Source: Alphaproteobacteria bacterium
GTDB lineage: Bacteria; Pseudomonadota; Alphaproteobacteria; MPNO01; UBA830
Direction of reading: 5' to 3'
NCBI GenBank assembly: GCA_964291215.2
Contig: OZ219791.1
Span: 2,080,001-2,144,000, forward strand
DNA length: 64,000 bases
Below the pieces are notes generated by a model. The model was not told the DNA's origin. It saw only the letters and a list, made by a program, of their open reading frames with translations, and did not search any database. This document shows positions 61,561-64,000 of this stretch, in pieces. The position numbers and the translations under genes are program-made. Every line of letters starts with the position of its first letter. Within the stretch, counting starts at the first letter, position 1.

Positions 61561-63117
61561 ATGGCAAAGCAAGCGACCAGCAACGGTGCCAATCTCGGGT
61601 TCGAGGCGCAGCTCTGGGCCGCGGCGGACAAGCTGCGCGGCAACATGGAGCCGTCCGACTACAAGCATGTCGCTCTCGGGCTGATCTTCCTCAAATACAT
61701 CTCCGACGCCTTCGAGGCGAAGCGGGCGGCGCTGCTCAAGGAAGACCTGGCCGACCCGGAGGATCCGGAGGAATACCTTGCCGAGAACGTCTTCTGGGTC
61801 CCCAAGGCAGCCCGCTGGCCGCATCTGCAGGCCAGAGCCAGGCAGTCGGCCATCGGCAAGGACATCGATGACGCCATGCTGGCGATCGAGGCCCGGAACG
61901 CATCGCTCAAGGGGGTCCTGCCCAAGGACTACGCCCGCCCGGCGCTCAACAAGGTGATGCTCGGCGAACTGATCGATCTCGTGAGCGGGATCGGCATGGC
62001 CGAGGAGGCCGACCGCTCCCGCGACATCCTCGGGCGGGTTTACGAGTATTTCCTGGGCGGCTTCGCCGGAGCGGAGGGCAAGCGCGGCGGCGAGTTCTAC
62101 ACGCCGCGTTCCGTCGTCCGGCTGCTGGTGGAGATGCTGGAGCCCTACAAGGGCCGCGTCTACGACCCGTGCTGCGGTTCCGGCGGCATGTTCGTGCAGT
62201 CCGAGAGATTCGTCGAGGAGCATGGCGGGCGCATCGGCGACATCGCGATCTACGGACAGGAGAGCAACTACACGACCTGGCGTCTCGCCCGGATGAACCT
62301 CGCGGTCCGAGGCATCGATGCCGACATCCGCTGGAATAACGAGGGCAGCTTCCACAAGGATGAGCTGCCGGACCTCAGGGCCGACTTCATCCTCGCCAAT
62401 CCGCCGTTCAATGTCTCCGATTGGGGCGGCGACCGGCTGCGCGAGGACGTCCGCTGGAAGTTCGGCGTTCCGCCGGCGGGCAACGCCAACTATGCCTGGC
62501 TCCAGCACATCCATCATCACCTCGCCCCGAACGGGACGGCGGGCGTGGTGCTCGCCAACGGCTCCATGTCCTCGGCACAGTCCGGCGAAGGCGGCATCCG
62601 CCGCGCCCTGGTCGAGGGCGACGCGGTGGATTGCATGATCGCGCTGCCGGGGCAGCTCTTCTACTCGACGCAGATTCCGGCGTGCCTCTGGTTTCTTACG
62701 CGCAACAAGAATCCCGGCGAGGACTGCCGCGACCGGCGCGGGGAAGTGCTGTTCATCGACGCCCGCAAGCAGGGGCATATGGTGGACCGGACCCGGAAGG
62801 AATTTTCCGACGAGGACATCGTGCGGATCGCCGGTGCATATCACGCCTGGTGCGGCGGGCCGGATACACCCCCCTACGATGACGAGCTAGGATTTTGCAA
62901 GTCCGCCACGCTGGAGGGGATCAGAGAACACGACCACATTCTCACACCCGGCCGCTATGTCGGCGCCGCGGCAACCGAAGAGGACGGCGAACCCTTCGAG
63001 GACAGGATGAAGCGCCTCGCCGCGCAACTGCGCGAGCAGCAGGCCGAGGGGGCGCAGCTGGACGCCGCGATTGAGAAGAATCTCCAGGCGCTGGGCTTCG
63101 AGGGGCGCGAGGCATGA
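61561..63117 (+). CDS. hsdM: Type I restriction-modification methyltransferase
   Basis: [41 protein letters not shown]. Confidence 0.96.
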   Translation: MAKQATSNGANLGFEAQLWAAADKLRGNMEPSDYKHVALGLIFLKYISDAFEAKRAALLKEDLADPEDPEEYLAENVFWVPKAARWPHLQARARQSAIGKDIDDAMLAIEARNASLKGVLPKDYARPALNKVMLGELIDLVSGIGMAEEADRSRDILGRVYEYFLGGFAGAEGKRGGEFYTPRSVVRLLVEMLEPYKGRVYDPCCGSGGMFVQSERFVEEHGGRIGDIAIYGQESNYTTWRLARMNLAVRGIDADIRWNNEGSFHKDELPDLRADFILANPPFNVSDWGGDRLREDVRWKFGVPPAGNANYAWLQHIHHHLAPNGTAGVVLANGSMSSAQSGEGGIRRALVEGDAVDCMIALPGQLFYSTQIPACLWFLTRNKNPGEDCRDRRGEVLFIDARKQGHMVDRTRKEFSDEDIVRIAGAYHAWCGGPDTPPYDDELGFCKSATLEGIREHDHILTPGRYVGAAATEEDGEPFEDRMKRLAAQLREQQAEGAQLDAAIEKNLQALGFEGREA

Positions 63118-63359
63118 CGGTCGCGGAATTGATCGAGCTGCTTGGCGGCTATCCGCCCGCGCTGCGTGTCGTGGTGGACGGCTACGAAGAGGGTTACGAT
63201 GATCTGTCTCCCGAGCGCCTGATTGTGAAGGAGATCCACCTCGATACGGGAACCGAGTTCTCGCAGGGAAGGCATGGCGATCCGGAAGGGTTGCCCGGCG
63301 GGAAGCCGGATGCGGCCGGAACCGTTGAGGCGCTGGTCTTGCGCCGCTCTTTCTGGTGA
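63114..63359 (+). CDS. Small hypothetical protein
   Basis: ATGA overlap with hsdM; [24 protein letters not shown]. Confidence 0.65.
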   Translation: MTVAELIELLGGYPPALRVVVDGYEEGYDDLSPERLIVKEIHLDTGTEFSQGRHGDPEGLPGGKPDAAGTVEALVLRRSFW

Positions 63360-63381
63360 AAGCGGTGCGGAAGGGCTGTTC

Positions 63382-63798
63382 ATGATCGATTACGGAAAAT
63401 TCGAGTTGTCCCTGAAACGCCTGGAGGAGCAACATGACAACTACCAGTCGCCGGACGAAGGACTATCCGAACTGACCCGGGAAGGGGTCGCGGAGTCGGT
63501 CATTCAGCGCTTCGAGACCTGCTACGATTGCTTGTGGAAGGTGCTGAAAAGATACCTTAACGAGAAACTCGGCATTGCCGAAGTGCCCAACAGTCCCAAG
63601 CCTCTCTTCAGGCTTGCACATGAAAACAGCTTGTTCGCTTCTCCGTTGGAAGATTGGCTTGAATATGCGGAAGCGCGCATCAATACGTCGCACGATTACG
63701 ACGGCGAGAAGGCGAAGGCCTGCCTGGCATTGATGCCCACGTTTATCGACGATGCCATAGGCCTTTACCAGACGATGACCGAGCAAATATGGGAATGA
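63382..63798 (+). CDS. HEPN protein, HI0074/nucleotidyltransferase substrate-binding family
   Basis: IQRFETCYD..WK.LK, SPKPLFR, RINTSHDY (Rx4H). Confidence 0.9.
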   Translation: MIDYGKFELSLKRLEEQHDNYQSPDEGLSELTREGVAESVIQRFETCYDCLWKVLKRYLNEKLGIAEVPNSPKPLFRLAHENSLFASPLEDWLEYAEARINTSHDYDGEKAKACLALMPTFIDDAIGLYQTMTEQIWE

Positions 63799-64000
63799 AC
63801 TTCTCCATCGACATCACCGCCGGGCAACGCAAAGATATTTTGGCGCTGCTCGAACGCCATCTCCCGGACACCAAGGCTTGGGCGTACGGCTCCCGGGTCA
63901 GTTGGACTTCTCGCCCCCAATCCGACATCGATATGGTGGTGTTCGCGACGCCCGAACAGAAACGCGCCGTTTCCGACCTCCGGGAAGCGCTCGAGGAAAG
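63795..64000 (+). CDS. Minimal nucleotidyltransferase (MNT) domain protein, 3' partial
   Basis: AYGSRV....RPQSDIDMVV (GS..DxD); ATGA overlap; runs off the window. Confidence 0.88.
   Translation, partial: MNFSIDITAGQRKDILALLERHLPDTKAWAYGSRVSWTSRPQSDIDMVVFATPEQKRAVSDLREALEE

Noticed and set aside
1-64000. CRISPR array, tRNA or rRNA genes
   Set aside because: No regularly spaced direct repeats or tRNA/rRNA signatures seen; the repeats present are IS and intron copies.

Overview
GC-rich alphaproteobacterial chromosome segment; the Rhodospirillales-like assignment is inferred from gene content and order. Intact core or metabolic blocks: TctB-type transporter end, ricin-type lectin, RNase Z-like MBL hydrolase, ribA; a Fur-boxed imelysin/di-heme oxidoreductase/DUF1513/LbtU-porin iron cluster; tandem QueG/RdhA-like Fe-S proteins with an aryl-CoA ligase, GlcG/HbpS, a lone PaaA-like diiron protein and a crotonase; two-subunit NAD-dependent formate dehydrogenase; purD, xseA, M23 peptidase; lpxL-lpxK-waaA-DUF374-msbA-pmbA-ubiD; and type I hsdM followed by a HEPN-MNT pair. 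These alternate with four graveyards of nested mobile DNA (about 3.9-12.4, 19.6-23.2, 34.4-41.4 and 56.3-61.3 kb). The graveyards hold ISAs1, IS1634, IS110, IS1380-like, two IS256, IS630, ISKra4, two DUF4338-IS4, ISAzo13 and IS66 elements, four group II introns, and remnants of a MobF relaxase, hsdR, nirK and an RT-nitrilase. Strongest observations: (1) an ORF-less group II intron whose EBS1 matches, and which sits inside, catalytic domain V of another ORF-less intron; (2) a non-autonomous mini-intron present twice with the same RT deletion; (3) the paired cobalamin-type reductase/CoA-ligase/diiron cluster; (4) an intact low-GC three-gene DUF5678/aspartyl-protease operon; (5) pervasive microhomology-bounded microdeletions and G/C homopolymer expansions concentrated in non-functional DNA. 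All family calls come from motif recognition by eye; no database searches were run.
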